From positions 19,284,001 through 19,348,000 of the forward strand of contig CM119371.1 in assembly GCA_051294905.1 (NCBI GenBank): 64,000 bases of DNA, read 5' to 3'. The notes under the pieces were generated by a model that saw only the letters and a list, made by a program, of their open reading frames with translations, had not been told where the DNA came from and did no database searches. The position numbers and the translations under genes were made by a program. This DNA is from Botryllus schlosseri. Its lineage: Eukaryota. Below, piece after piece: positions 1 to 13,103 of this stretch; the first letter of the stretch is position 1; every line of letters starts with the position of its first letter.

Positions 1-2530
1 AGAGTTGATAAAAGTGGGTTGAACGGGATTGAACTGAAAACTCAACAGTGAACACAATGACTTGGACTCGAGTCAAAACACTATGACTCGGACTCGGCCC
101 TCTACTCACTGACATATACTCGTCTCCTTGGTGAATTGAAAACGACTTGACTTGACTCGAGTCGAAACAATGAAAGTGAGATTGACTTGTGACTTAGTTG
201 AAATCCTTCGATTTACCAAATAGTTTGGCCGAACATGTACTGCATAACGAAAATGGCTATGAAATTTAAAAAAGCAGGTATGGAAGGCAAATAACATCTA
301 CCGTATATCAGTAAATGCAAGTACCGAAACTATTCTGCACTACACAGAATCTCAAGATTTTTAAGGGGGTTCTGGTATCCTTGCATAGTTAAAAATTGTA
401 TTTCACATTCACAATTAGTGCAACAATATTGTACCAGACTAGATTATTACCCATTAATCAATTCAACGATCACCTATGCCTGGATTGCCTGCTGGTCTGC
501 AATTCTTCTCGACTCCTAATTCATGTGTGTCGCTGACTCTGGTCAGGGTTAAGCTACGATTATGAATGCCATTGCTTGCTGCCTAGAGAGGAAGTTATTT
601 CGATAGTAACTGGTAAATAAGATGAGTCTATGAGGCGGAGCAAAGCAGTCAGCATTACATGTCAGCCCCGCCTTGAAAATCATGCGCCCTTTTAAACCCT
701 TTTAAAATCGGCACTTTTCACCGAATTTGAATCGGTTTGCTAAAATTGCGATTAAGATACATCTATACGCTGGAGCAAGGCGTGTTTGGTATCATGGTAA
801 CGAGAAGATTGCCCTCTAGCGCTTAACGCCTATGAAACAGCTATCCACTAGAGGTATCACAGTGCCATGGTCTGCTGAAGGTAGAATACTGTCTGTTTTG
901 ATCAGCAGTTTTGTGTTTATGACCTAGTGTGAACTCTGGTAGCCTCGTTCTGCGTTCTCGAACATAACCTACTTCAAAGATTATGATATTATCTTTTCAA
1001 CAAAACATTACTCAATGCTCTAGCATTATTCATCTCGTTATTACGAACGAAATGCTGACCTAACTGTGCAGAATTTCAGTAGGCGCGTTATCCGACGGCG
1101 ATGCCGGCTTATCACGGCTGAATGAACACGACTGATGCTCTGTCTTCAGCGGACGGCTAAGCTATCTTGCAGTAATATAGTCATTGGAAACGGATCATAA
1201 AGCAGATATGAATGAAATTGCGATGCATTGCCAACAAACTATGTACCGGTACACAGAATGTTCATTTGTGATATAACATGATCCATTTTCTATTCAAGGA
1301 ACAAATTAGACTTTTGAGTGATATAGCATAAAGCATTCACGGTCGTCGTTATCGCAAAGATGGACTCTTTTCTGTAATTTTGGTTTCGAATATATCAGTG
1401 CATCAATATCTTTCCATATAGTCCCATGGGACATTCGTTCTACATACACAGACTGTGAAATAGCTGTATATCGATGTAGAAATTTACACATACAGTTGGC
1501 TGACGCATTTGTAGCGCTCGACCCTTCTATTTTTGGTTAGCCATGTGCACCAAATCATGTCCCTACTGTACTGTCGTGATTGGGAACACTTCTCAAAATA
1601 CTATGTACATCTAAAAACACAAAATAAATCATGTTTGCTAATATGCTGAGCATAAGATACGACCACAAACATAACCCAAACAATTTCGTGCATATAGCAG
1701 ATATTTGTTGAGGTCTACCTTCAGCCACCACCGTATATGCAATAGTAACTTTAAGGCTGTATGTTACACATAGGCCTACATGCTGTGATTTAAATTATGA
1801 TCGCCATCACAATTCATATTTATAATGCACACTGAGTTCACAGTCTCAGAAAGCGTGATTCCGTGCCAAATGAGCATATTTATTTTCATATAAGCACCAT
1901 GGTACTTGACACACTGATTCTTCTGGCATCACCATGAAAACTATAAAAAATTCACGAGTTATCCTCACAAAATTGTGGTTTTTACCTGTCACGCTTATGC
2001 AATTTTCATCATATCTGCAGTGAAATCCTCATAACTCCGAGCTGATTTGAGAATTTTCAAGAGAAATTTTTGATTCAGTGTTATAGCCTATAGCCAACTA
2101 TTGCACCAATCAGCCAAATTTTATAGACCTTCCTCAATCATTGTGCAACCCACCTGTTCATATCCAGTGTAACTACCCATAGTCTGGAGTGCGTACACAA
2201 CAAACTCTTTCATGAATCACAAATGCACAACAAAATTATTCAGTCAGGGATCAAAGTGCATTAGAGATATCTTTGTATGAGTCAGAATCAGTTCCTAGAA
2301 TGCCTTGAAGACGAAATCACACATCAACGATAGCAACAATCACCTACAGCCAGGCTACTGAACTATTTATGCAGCGGTCTAGTTACAAAAGTTTGAGATT
2401 TGCTTTGATCCGTTATAATTCTCATGAAATAATTTACACTCATACAAATGAGAAACGGTGTAACTATATACTCAATCAAGTAACGTGGTAACATAACAAT
2501 TAAGCAATAACTGAATAATACTATGTAACG

Positions 2531-3697
2531 CAGGGGTCACCAACACGCGGCCCGCATGCCGCCCGCGACCTGATTTGAAATTTCTGAAGAGCGCTTAGTA
2601 AAGCATTTTGAAACACATGGTGAAATTGATTTCAGTTCAAACATATTGTTGTTGTTATTCCTGTGCCCAATGTCACTATTCCTTACCAGCTGATACGGCC
2701 TCGGCGATGGTAATATCATTCCGTGGGGGAAAATTTGCTGATATGAATTGGCATATTGCCTGGACGTGCAATCACCGACCACTGCCCAGACCAAGACGCT
2801 GAAAAAACTACTACGGACCCCCAAAAGACCAAGCTTTACGAGGAGATAGTTTTCCAGCAAGTACCGTGTGTATAGCTAACCAGCATATCGATTCTTTAGT
2901 CCAGCGGTGGCGAATCTGCGATAGTAGAAGGAAAATTATGCGGCCATCGACACTTATTTTGAATAGGATGTGTTGGCGGCCGTCAATATTCAAATTGAAT
3001 TATGAATCGATTCCCTAATTATTCAGAAGTTTGAAGTATTCCTGAAATTTTCTTCGCGCCGCGCGCGATTCAGTGCGAGTTGACTTTCGATATTTGTATT
3101 GTAGCGTACTTTGTAATCTGAGCCCCACAGTACAGATGCGAACTGCAGAGGAAAATGATGCTCCCCATAAATAAATACCAATTTGTAATCTAGGTCTCCT
3201 CACCACAACGGAAATTTGTTTCTGGTAGTTGTTTGGGCGAATCCAATATCTTCCCACTATATCGACAATCCTGATGAGATGTCGAGAAACAACAGCATGC
3301 AACAACGGGGTCTAATAACAATTGGCCAACCCAACGATGCAGCACAGCATTCTAATAACTTCCCTAACGTTTCGAAAACGCCCCCTGCATCAATTCCACC
3401 AATGAATATGATCACATGGACTGAGAAAGGATGAATATTTGATAGTAATATGTGATACGATACTAATACTAACGACGAAATTCACTCAAGAATATGGATA
3501 CGGATCCTGGTACTTCATAACATGGCTACTCACGATTTGCCCGCCGTCCATGTTAGCATTGTACTGACGTATAGTTATCAAACCGTGGCTGTTATACAGC
3601 GTTGCCTATTTTTATCTCAATATTGAAGTTATGCGGCCCGCGGCCTCGACGAATTCTGAAAAGTTGCCCACGACCCATTTTGAGTTGGCGAACCCTG
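2531..3697. mobile_element. hAT-type non-autonomous DNA transposon (MITE)
   Basis: Termini CAGGGGTCACCAAC / GTTGGCGAACCCTG, subterminal GCGGCCCGC motifs, perfect 8-bp TSD ATGTAACG (2523-2530, 3698-3705). Confidence 0.85.
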
Positions 3698-4590
3698 ATG
3701 TAACGTAACCAATCTTCTGATAGTCTCAACTAAGGGGGAATTGACATTTTCTATTTCTTGCGAATTCTTTAAATCCTGGTTATAAATTGGTGGGATGGAG
3801 TCGAAGGCAGTAGTGAAGGTTTCACTGAAAATACTTTATACTAATACAGATCAGAAATTTATTCTGTATAAAGATCATGTTTGATAATGGTGACTCGCAG
3901 CTGCAACTATAGACCCAAGACATAACGAGAATTAGCACTGATATTTTTTTTGTTAATACACGATGATGGATTTCGATTTGTTAGAAAGCATGTACGGTAC
4001 TCAAGCTGGACGACAAATAGTGGTTGTTTAGGACCGATAAGTTGCGCGTGACGGAATGGTTTCTAGCATAGAATAATTAAACGGAAAGTTGCACGTGACG
4101 TTACCACCATTCCACTCTGGCTACCAAGCAAATACTTTGACAAATGAGGTTCGCATTAGGACCTTTGGCGGCTTGACACAGAGTGGAATTAGTGGCAACG
4201 TCATTAGTAATTTTCCAAGCAAATACTCAACTGTTCTATAAGCAAACAAGCAAGTAACTGTTCTATCGCATTTTTGTGGTGTATTGAACTGATAAAGTTG
4301 CTAATAAACCAATGATGATGATGATTAAAGAAACCCTTCTGTCACGCGAAATTTATTGTCTAAAATAGCCGCGGTTTCCGCGGTGAACGTTGGCTGTATT
4401 ATGAATATGTAACTAAATCACTCATCTGAAACCTGATTGGCTGACACGAACATGAATTTCTCTACAATACGTGATACAAACACCTTTTTGACTGTGAAAA
4501 GCACGTGAACACCTCCTCTTATAAGCTGCGCTTTCGCTTTTGTATCCTCGTAGGGAAATCCCCAAGCAGAGATGAGCGGGTTTGGAATTT

Positions 4591-4839
4591 GGAGAGAGAG
4601 ATATGATATTCTTTCTCGCCTGCACCATCGAGATGCTTTGGCGACGTAGTTGCGATACGGCCCCATGAGGTCATCTAGTCTGCGCCCCCGTTTTTTTTTC
4701 TCCTCCATGCTATCCGTGATTGCTGAGCGCCTAGCAGGATAGCTGCGGATACCATTTTTCGAATCTTTGGTATGCGGCCGGGGATCGAACCCACGACCTA
4801 CCGCTCGAGAAGCCGGACGCATAACCTGCACTATCTCGC
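4591..4839 (-). mobile_element. tRNA-derived SINE, family A
   Basis: Minus strand starts GCGAGATAGTGCAGGTT, has B-box GGTTCGATCCC, then a non-tRNA body and a (TC)n tail; homologous copy at 53023-53281. Confidence 0.8.
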
Positions 4840-4851
4840 AGGTACAGGATG

Positions 4852-5065
4852 GTATATTCATATTGAAATAAACCCGAATACTTTCGGCTGAAACTCGTCA
4901 GGGGTAATCGTCAGCAACTAGTAGAGAATTGGAAAGAACATTGTATATCAACAATCGTATCACAAAATATGACGTCATCAGCGTGAAATTTCGTGAATGA
5001 GAGAGCGTTCAATGTACTATTTTTAGGTGGTACACGAACTCCTTTTGTTGACAGAGTTTTGGTTG
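4852..5065 (-). mobile_element. Penelope-like element 3' end fragment
   Basis: Near-identical to the left arm of the 24.2-25.1 kb element; encodes ...QPKLCQQKEFVYHLKIVH* and carries the hammerhead motif. Confidence 0.8.
4872..4915 (-). ncRNA. Minimal type I hammerhead ribozyme
   Basis: Reverse complement reads GCTGACGATT ACCC CTGACGA GTTTCAGCC GAA AGTATT C GGGT: full CUGANGA/GAAA/UH core and stem I ACCC:GGGU. Confidence 0.75.
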
Positions 5066-5105
5066 GTGCTGGTGTTGGTGGATTTGGAATTTATATGTCC
5101 TAATC

Positions 5106-5785
5106 CAGTGGTTCCCAACCTTTTTCGTCTCGTGCCCCCCTTGGTCGATATTTGAGCTAAAATTCCACCCCTATTAAAAAATTGCCTGCGACTAAAAACA
5201 TGTGATTTTTAACGCGCAACCATTTGTTGACTGAGCAATTAATGACCGAACATATTCAGACATGTCCGAACCATGGCGAATGCGGACCGCACTAAAGTTT
5301 GGTGAAGTACAGTCAAATTTGACATGTTTTTGACCAGTCGGGTAGCCGCTTACGAAAAATAAATCACCAAGTCTGCTTGCTATGGGCTTGAGTTGAATCG
5401 ATGAATTTGGTATATTTTTCACGTCATCTCATATGTTGGCTTAAAAAGTTAAACAATTTCACTAGCGGCCTTGTGCTGAATTCGGCTTGACGTATTCCTG
5501 CTTAGCAGCGATTTGGTCGAGAGGCTGTCTCGGACCCAACAAAATTGTCTCGCGAGTCTCACTTTATCAGAGGGTGTAATATCTATGGAAGGCTTGAAAT
5601 CCGCCAAAGAAACATACAATTGTAAAGAACTAAATTCTACTTAACAGTTCTATACCATAAAAATCTGAAAACCTTGCAAACCCAGTGTATCTTCCGATAC
5701 AATGTCTTAGCCAGTTTCCCCCTAAAAAAATTAAGCCAGATTCCCCCCTAAAAATTCCAAAATCCCCCCCGGTTGGGAACCACTG
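5106..5785. mobile_element. hAT-type MITE
   Basis: TIR CAGTGGTTCCCAACC / GGTTGGGAACCACTG; TSD TCCTAATC / TGCTAATC (7 of 8 match). Confidence 0.8.
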
Positions 5786-6227
5786 TGCTAATCCAATCCA
5801 AATCCATGACTTTTGCATATTAAAATCCGCGTACTGTCCTAATCCGATTCTAACTTGAAATTTAGAAAAAATTATAATTAATGCAAGGAAGGAATTGGAA
5901 ATTTTCTTTCTCAGCCAACAATTCTCTTGCTTTAAGATAACTTAGCATAGGCTGCACCTCTTATGTTCATTGGCACCGAGTGTAACTCAGTGTAGTGTAC
6001 AAGTTCATTATTAACTGATCTGATAAAATTTCGTTGCCATTCGCCACTCGACATATCAATCTCTCGGAAAATCGGTAAATCCAATCTAAATCCTAATCCG
6101 TTCAGAGAAAATCTCTAATCCTAGTCCAATCCGAATCCGACAAAATCTCACAAATCCGTTTTTTAAAATCCTAATCTTAATCCATGCTCATCTCTGGTCC
6201 CCATACTCCCCAAAGACCCCACGTCAT

Positions 6228-6560
6228 CGGTGGTGTCCGGTCAACACCGAGAATGCTATTACCGAGAAGGACAATATCGAGAATGGACATTACCGAGAAT
6301 GGACAATACCGAGAATGGACATTACCGAGAATGGACACCACCGAGAATGGACATTACCGAGAATGCAATATATGCAATGCAGGCATGTTATGCATATGAA
6401 CAGGTCGTGTGTGTGCATCACGGCGTGGCCACATTCGGTATCGATTCTCAGGTATAAATTTCTCGACAACATCCGTCCCAGTAAGCTAGATTCTTGGCAT
6501 TGTCCGTTCTCGGTAATGTCCATTATAGGTAATAGCATTCTCGGTAATAGTATGGAACTA
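6228..6560. repeat. MITE-like element with tandem ~19-bp ACCGAGAATGGACA repeats and an inverted copy at the right end
   Basis: About 6 tandem units at 6245-6365; inverted units TTCTCGGTAAT at 6505-6550; related fragment at 15140-15200. Confidence 0.65.
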
Positions 6561-7630
6561 TATAAATTAAACATGTAACGGCAACGACCGATTTTGCAGC
6601 TTCGTTCCGCTTCGCCGAGGCTGGAGTAGAGAATTGTTTTGCGTAAGCGACTGTGGGATTTCTGGCAATCCAAAAGCTATCTTCCCGAGCACAGAAATTA
6701 TTGAATCTAGTCTTGATCGAAAGCTACAGTTGCACCGATTCCGGAGATATAAATTAAAATAATGATCAGGCACTGATCCACCTAGAATCAGTCCTCCAAG
6801 TCGGAAATATCGGCATTGTTCGAACAATCGGAGAGTCGCAACTGGTAATTGTTATGGCCATTGTGTTGCGGTTACCTGCCATTTCAAGCCATATTGCATT
6901 ACAAACAGAGGTGGTCAGTAACGAAGTACTTCTACTTTTTCGAAGTACTCAAGTAGTTTTCATCTACTCTGGTACTTTCGCTACTTCTACTTCATAATAT
7001 TTTGTGATCTACTTACTTACTTTTCGCTATTTTCAGTTGGTAAAGTAGAAGTACTTTAATCCTCCAATCAGGAAGACAGCCTGAGGAATTTCGGGGCTGT
7101 TTTCATGGAGTATCAACATTTAATTTTCATAAAAGTTGAGTAAAGCCCAGAATTTTCGTCGCGCATCGCGCTCAGTGGATACAGAGTTACCAGTATGATT
7201 TCACGAAAGTATCGGTGAATATAATTTAGGTAACGGGTTGGTGTGGTTCCGTTCACACCGCATTGTCGCCCTTCGCCCATACGAAATATTTCATCACAGT
7301 ATATATGGCTCATCATAACATTTGAAACTGATGTTTCGCAATCTAGCATTTACTTATCATATCATAATCTAGCAGACCATGGCGCGTCCTAATCTGGAAA
7401 GGTGGACTCCAACTTTTTTTTAGTTTCAGAGCTGTTTTAGCATACCACCTTTGAAACTTTCTGGTCTAAAGACATGGAATACATTTTCCGCTTTCAGAAG
7501 TAGTATTTATATTTCGCTTTCAATTCCCAGTATGATATACTCAGAGGTGGTCAGTAACGAAGTACTTCTACTTTTTCCAAACACTCAAGTAGTTTTCCTC
7601 TACTTCTGATACTTACTCAAGTAGATCTTT

Positions 7631-9123
7631 AATATGTATCATTATATACCCAGATACAAGCCCTATAATTCTCATCAAAAATTATTGCGGGTTTGTTAGT
7701 CTGGAAGGTGATATAGAAAAATATATATGTCGATCCAAATTCACTTTTCACCCCCTAAAATGTAAATCATTTGTCAAAGACCACATAACTCACGCAGGTC
7801 GAAGTTTTTTGCATGTGAGGAAAGATTCTGCCAACATGCTATTGTAGACGAAGTCGCGTACAGTAATCATGGGATTATCACAGAGAATTTTTCAAGTATA
7901 TTTTCGGTCCCAGTGTCTCATCGGTACCACATCTCCCCTACATGCACGCAGAGAGATAGTGACCGAGACCCTAGCGTCAACACTCAACATAGATGTGATG
8001 AACCGGGAAGGATTGTTCAAAGAGTATAAAAAAATTTCTGGCATCATTTACGTCTCCTGATTTATTAAAAGAGAAGTGTTGATAAGGGTGATTGTGTGAG
8101 CAACTAAGTCATTGCATATAGCAGGGGCGGGCAACATACGGCCCACGGGCCTTATCCGGCCCGCGAACAGTTTTTCGTCTTACATGATAATGTGGCCCGC
8201 GGCCCCAGATTGCCGATATTCTCCACTACTTGCTTACTACACCAAATTTTAGTGACTGTATGTTATTATATACGTGTATGCGCAGCGTTGCGAGAGTGGA
8301 GGTCAGGCATAAGTTAGTCGAAGCGGGAAGACTTGCATTATCGGCATTTACGATGCACTCAACCCTATTGTCGTCTGTGGTAATCATGATTTTACTACAA
8401 TGGTCATTTACACCAGGCTGATATTTCTATTTTTGATTCCGTAACCGCCGACTTGTAGCACGGCACGCTTCTACGCTTTTGTAAGGCACCGCTTATTCCA
8501 GGAGTCGCCAACTCAAGACGGCTCGCAGTCCACTTTTCAAATTTCGTAGAGGACGCGGGCCGCATGAATTCAATATCGAGATTAATTAGGCCACACAGTT
8601 GAACAACGACGCTATCTCGTCACCTACTCAACCCTAACGAATTGATAACTTGGTAAATTAGGGTTACCGGGCTTATCGAACGCCTTGAAATCTTAAATTA
8701 GGGATTGCACCGTGTGTTGATTGATCAGAGAGAAGCAGACATGGCGACATGGCGGGCGCCTGTATGACAATGTTATTCTCAAATCCACATTGTCGTCGCC
8801 ATTATCGGCGAGAAATGGCATTGAAGTGACATTGCTGCCGTTAAAATACATTCATCAAGTACGATTTATTCCTTGTCTATGTGGATAAATGGGCGAATAA
8901 TGCATCGAATCAGCAATCCGACCCGGCAAGTAGGCCTACCTAATTTTCCTATATCTCGCCCGCCGACTGGAGAAGTTGCCTGCCCCTGTTTTAGGGGGTG
9001 CAAAGTGAATTTGGATCGACATATACATTTTTCTATATCACCTTCCAGACTAACAAACCCGCAATAATTTTTGATGAGAATTATAGGGCTTGTATCTGGG
9101 TAGGCTATATAATGATACATATT
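7631..9123. mobile_element. Element with ~130-bp inverted repeats, containing a hAT-like MITE (8122-8988)
   Basis: 7631-7760 is the reverse complement of 8989-9123; internal CAGGGGCGGGCAAC / GTTGCCTGCCCCTG termini, TSD not matched. Confidence 0.65.
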
Positions 9124-9359
9124 TTTTGAATCAATACGATCCTCGAGTGGACTATTTTCAATTCAATTGCAATATTTATAGGGTGGGGGACCTATGGTAA
9201 CATAGCTAAATGAAGCAAAATAGTTGGACCAACTAATCACTTAACAACAGAAACACGCCTACATGTATAGAGGCTGTAAATCATAGTTGCCTGATGTGCT
9301 TTATCGCTACTACGAGGTATTTGAAAGTCAAAATGTCGATTTTCCGGTTATATTTAGGT

Positions 9360-11158
9360 CAGAGGTCTCAAACACGCGGCCCGCGGGCCGCATGCGGCCC
9401 TCAAGAACATTTTGTGCGGCCCGGGGAGGCATTTTTCAATTTCAAGTATTCGACAATATATTCTAGTGTCATATATCTTTTTTTAGATTTAGGAACTTAA
9501 AGTTCACTCTAAAACTACTACAAAAACCTGAAATCTAATCAAATTCACTATCACATCACTTTCTAAAATCTACCATGCAGTGGAAGATCGTTATTACGTC
9601 ACATTTCTGGTTCATGATGACAAAACATGAACCGTTGATGATTCGTGACTGAAAATTGTGATTTTGTTTGGTGCGACCTTTCGTCAAATTACTCGGTTTT
9701 GGATTGACTGGGTGATAAACTAAAAATGACTCGAGTTGAGTAGGGTCGAACGTTAAAATCAGAGAAGGACTTGCCTCTCGGAATAATGACTTGGCAATCC
9801 TACGGACGCAAAAATCTAGGAAACTGTCGTGGGGAATAGTAATATATCAAAAGCCCGTAGCTTGCGTTGCGTATATAGAATATAGGTCTGTATGGAAACC
9901 ATTGGCATTCTGTGGCCCCCGTGACGTAGATTTGGTTACATCCTGGATGTTGTTTGTTCTCTCTGTCCATGTTATTATCGGTGGCGAGTAAGGTAGTGGT
10001 ACGCTCAACAGCTGTAACACCAATGGATTCTTCGGCGATGAGTCATTTCTATTCCAGGGGTTCATAACCAGGGGTCCGTACCGTATCCCCTTCGTGGTAC
10101 AAAGCACCACATCAGGGGGTACCAGATGCATTGTGGAAATTGGCCTATATGCTGTGGAATCTTTTCTGGGCAAATTTATTCAACTGGAAAATATTCTTCG
10201 CGCTACGCTCGATTTTATGTGAATGGACTTTCTGATTTTTATATAGGTCCCAGCACAAATTGTGTTGAAAATCGTCAGGGGTCACTGGAAATCTAATTGA
10301 AAGTACAAGGGTTACGATCGCTAAAACGGTTAAGAAATAATGCTATTACTATGCAACAATAATGATTATATTTAAGTTGTTATTGATCTGTTACAATATT
10401 AATCGAAGAAAACCTAACGCTGGCTTAATTTGACTTTGGCAATGACAGTCACAATAGCCTATACTTATCTCGAGTATATCAGAAACCCCGATTAGACTAA
10501 ACCGTTCACATGCTCTGATATCAGATCAATCTTTAGTGAAATCTAAAATATTCTACATAAAATTGTGGCATTTCAAAGGTCAAATAGCTGCAATATTACA
10601 ACCCGACAGGTTTTACGATATCATGCGTCCTCTCGTATGTCTAAACTCATTATTTCAAACAAATTATGCCCGGCACAAAAACTATTTTATTCAAATATTT
10701 GAAAATGTGATTTTTTCGTGCCAAGCGTGAATAGTATAATAGTAAATTACATTTTCTCGGTGGTTGTGAAATGCCTGTCTGCAAGCTGCCGTTAAATAAG
10801 GCCTAGTTCATCATCATCATTATTGGTTTATTAGCAATTTTATCAGTTCAATACACCACAAAAAATGCGATACAATGAATAGAAAGGAAGATGTCGAAGC
10901 GACTTGGATTTGTCTATGGATTCAGACACCCACCTTGGCCTAGGCGTAGTAAAGAGGAGGCATGCACACTGAATGAAAGTAAAGAAGACAATATAGAAAA
11001 AGAATGCAACAATAATAGGGCGGCATATCATGGGAAGCGAGATCGATAGGTCAGTTGGATATTATACATTGAATACCCCTATTTATTGATGCTGCGGCCC
11101 GCGGGTCATCACAAATTAGAAAATTGTCCCGCGAGCACATTTGAGTTTGAGACCTCTG
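9360..11158. mobile_element. hAT-type non-autonomous element
   Basis: TIR CAGAGGTCTCAAAC / GTTTGAGACCTCTG; perfect TSD ATTTAGGT (9352-9359, 11159-11166). Confidence 0.85.
10809..11058 (-). mobile_element. LINE 3' UTR fragment (CR1/L2-like)
   Basis: Homologous in reverse to the 3' UTR at 53590-53845; ends with AATAAA and a (TGA)n tail on the minus strand. Confidence 0.7.
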
Positions 11159-11375
11159 ATTTAGGTGGTATTAATTTGGTAGGTTTCGGCAGAAATCAAA
11201 ACGAGCACTCCGCGCAATTTGCATACGACACACCACCGTCATTGCATTGAGGATAAGATTCAAACACATCACAAAAAACATATCAAGTTTTCCACGTAGT
11301 CAGCAATTAATGTAGTCAACGCACTTGAATTGAACAGAGACAAATTATATCCAAACATCGTCCGATATCTCAATC

Positions 11376-13103
11376 TCAAATTTTGACACCAACATGAATA
11401 CCAAGATGCCTATTCAATTTGGATTTGAAAATAAATCCTTTTCCACAAACATCACATTCATGCCTTTTGATACCAACATGGATAGCCATGTGCCTTTCAA
11501 GGTTCTCCTTTCCAGGTAATTCTTTACCACATACATCACATTTATGAATTTCGATACCCGCGTGCAAACGAAGATGTCTATTTAAGTTCTCTTTCAAAGT
11601 ATATCTTTTCAGACAAAAACCGCATTCATGGCTTCTGACACTAGCATGCACAGCCATGTGTTTCTTGAGGCAACCTTTTCGTAGAAATTCTTTTCCACAA
11701 ACATCACATGTATGGGTTTTGACACCAGCATGAATATCCAAGTGATGATTGAGATTACCTATATGCTTGAAATCTTTCCCACAAACTTTGCATTCATACT
11801 TTTTGACGTTGAAATGCATCTTTAAATGGGACTTGAGGCCACTTCTTCGGACGAAGTCTTTTCCACACACATCACATCTATAGCTGTTACCACTAGCATG
11901 CACAGCCATATGTTCCCTTACGCCCATATTTTGTCTGAATTCCATCCCACAAACATCGCATTTATATTTTTTGATGTCCGAGTGCAGCGCCATGTGCGAC
12001 TTGAGGTAATCCTTTGTCAATAATTCTTTTCCACAAACGTCACATTTGCAGCCACCCGCATGCACCGTCATATGTGAATGGAGGCCACCTCGTTGCGCGA
12101 ATTCTTTTCCACAAACATCACATATATAATTCTTGACAGCATTATGTATATCCTTGTGAGCGATTAGATTTCTTTTATCAGTAAACTTTCTCCCGCAAAT
12201 CTCACAGCTATGCTCCTTGACACCGACATGCATAGCCATGTGACTTCTCAAGTTTTTTTTTAGCACAAATTCTTTTCCACAAACATCACATTTGCAGGTT
12301 ATAAAAGTAGAATGCACTGACATATGTAGACGGAGGCCCGCCCTTTGAGCAAATTCTTCCCCACAAACATCACATTTATAATTCTTGACATCCCAATGAA
12401 TATTCATGTGATCTTTTAGCTTGCTCCTGTTAGTAAATCCTTTCCCACAAACATCACAACTATGATTCGTGACACCAACATGTATAGCCATGTGACTCGT
12501 CAACTTTCCTTTTCGCCCAAATTTATACCCACAAACTTCACACATATACCTTTTAACGCCAGCACGCATATCTGTATGTAGCTCGAATCCATGGTTTTGT
12601 GCGAGGTCTGTTCCAAAAACATGACATTTATCATCCTCATCCTTGACACAAGAATGCATCTCTGTGTGTAAATTGAGGTCACCCTTCCGAGTACATTCTT
12701 TTCCACGACGATCACAGCTTGCCACTCCACCATGTATACTTTTATGAATATTGAGGATGCACTTTCCAATGCCTTCATCACGACGAATGTCGCATTGTTG
12801 ATATTTTGCTGCACCATCTTCGTAAGGATCTTTCAAATTTGTGTTAGAATCAATTGAGAGTGACTCGCCGTACATCTCGATACAGACTGTTTGGTAACAG
12901 AGGAGGTCACAAACGAGTTCAATCCAATGATGAAGTGCAAATCGTTTATTACGGACGTGTTGATGAATAGGCTGATAATATCTGGTGTTAAAAAGCCTGG
13001 CATAAAAATCATCGTCAGATTCAAGCAACCCAATATTTTCAACCGAGAAATTACGTACTGTAGATATGGATTTGACGTAAACAAAATTGAAGCCCACATT
13101 CAT
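11376..13103 (-). CDS. Tandem C2H2 zinc-finger protein (14 intact fingers plus degenerate N-terminal fingers)
   Basis: 575-aa ORF with repeated CxxC-x12-HxxxH units. The start may be the ATG at 12875 (MYGESLSIDS), which aligns with the paralog's MDGESFSIDS. Confidence 0.92.
   Translation of the reverse strand: MNVGFNFVYVKSISTVRNFSVENIGLLESDDDFYARLFNTRYYQPIHQHVRNKRFALHHWIELVCDLLCYQTVCIEMYGESLSIDSNTNLKDPYEDGAAKYQQCDIRRDEGIGKCILNIHKSIHGGVASCDRRGKECTRKGDLNLHTEMHSCVKDEDDKCHVFGTDLAQNHGFELHTDMRAGVKRYMCEVCGYKFGRKGKLTSHMAIHVGVTNHSCDVCGKGFTNRSKLKDHMNIHWDVKNYKCDVCGEEFAQRAGLRLHMSVHSTFITCKCDVCGKEFVLKKNLRSHMAMHVGVKEHSCEICGRKFTDKRNLIAHKDIHNAVKNYICDVCGKEFAQRGGLHSHMTVHAGGCKCDVCGKELLTKDYLKSHMALHSDIKKYKCDVCGMEFRQNMGVREHMAVHASGNSYRCDVCGKDFVRRSGLKSHLKMHFNVKKYECKVCGKDFKHIGNLNHHLDIHAGVKTHTCDVCGKEFLRKGCLKKHMAVHASVRSHECGFCLKRYTLKENLNRHLRLHAGIEIHKCDVCGKELPGKENLERHMAIHVGIKRHECDVCGKGFIFKSKLNRHLGIHVGVKI

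Noticed and set aside
3262..3300. CTGATGAG...GAAAC hammerhead-like core
   Set aside because: No stem II pairing and no stem I or III complement.
4520..4565. Minus-strand CCTACGAG...CGAAAGCGC (also at 23900-23945)
   Set aside because: Both copies lack the essential G5 of CUGANGA, and no closing stem I or UH site is present.
6245..6365. CRISPR-like repeat array
   Set aside because: Head-to-tail repeats without unique spacers in eukaryotic DNA; it is a MITE subterminal array.
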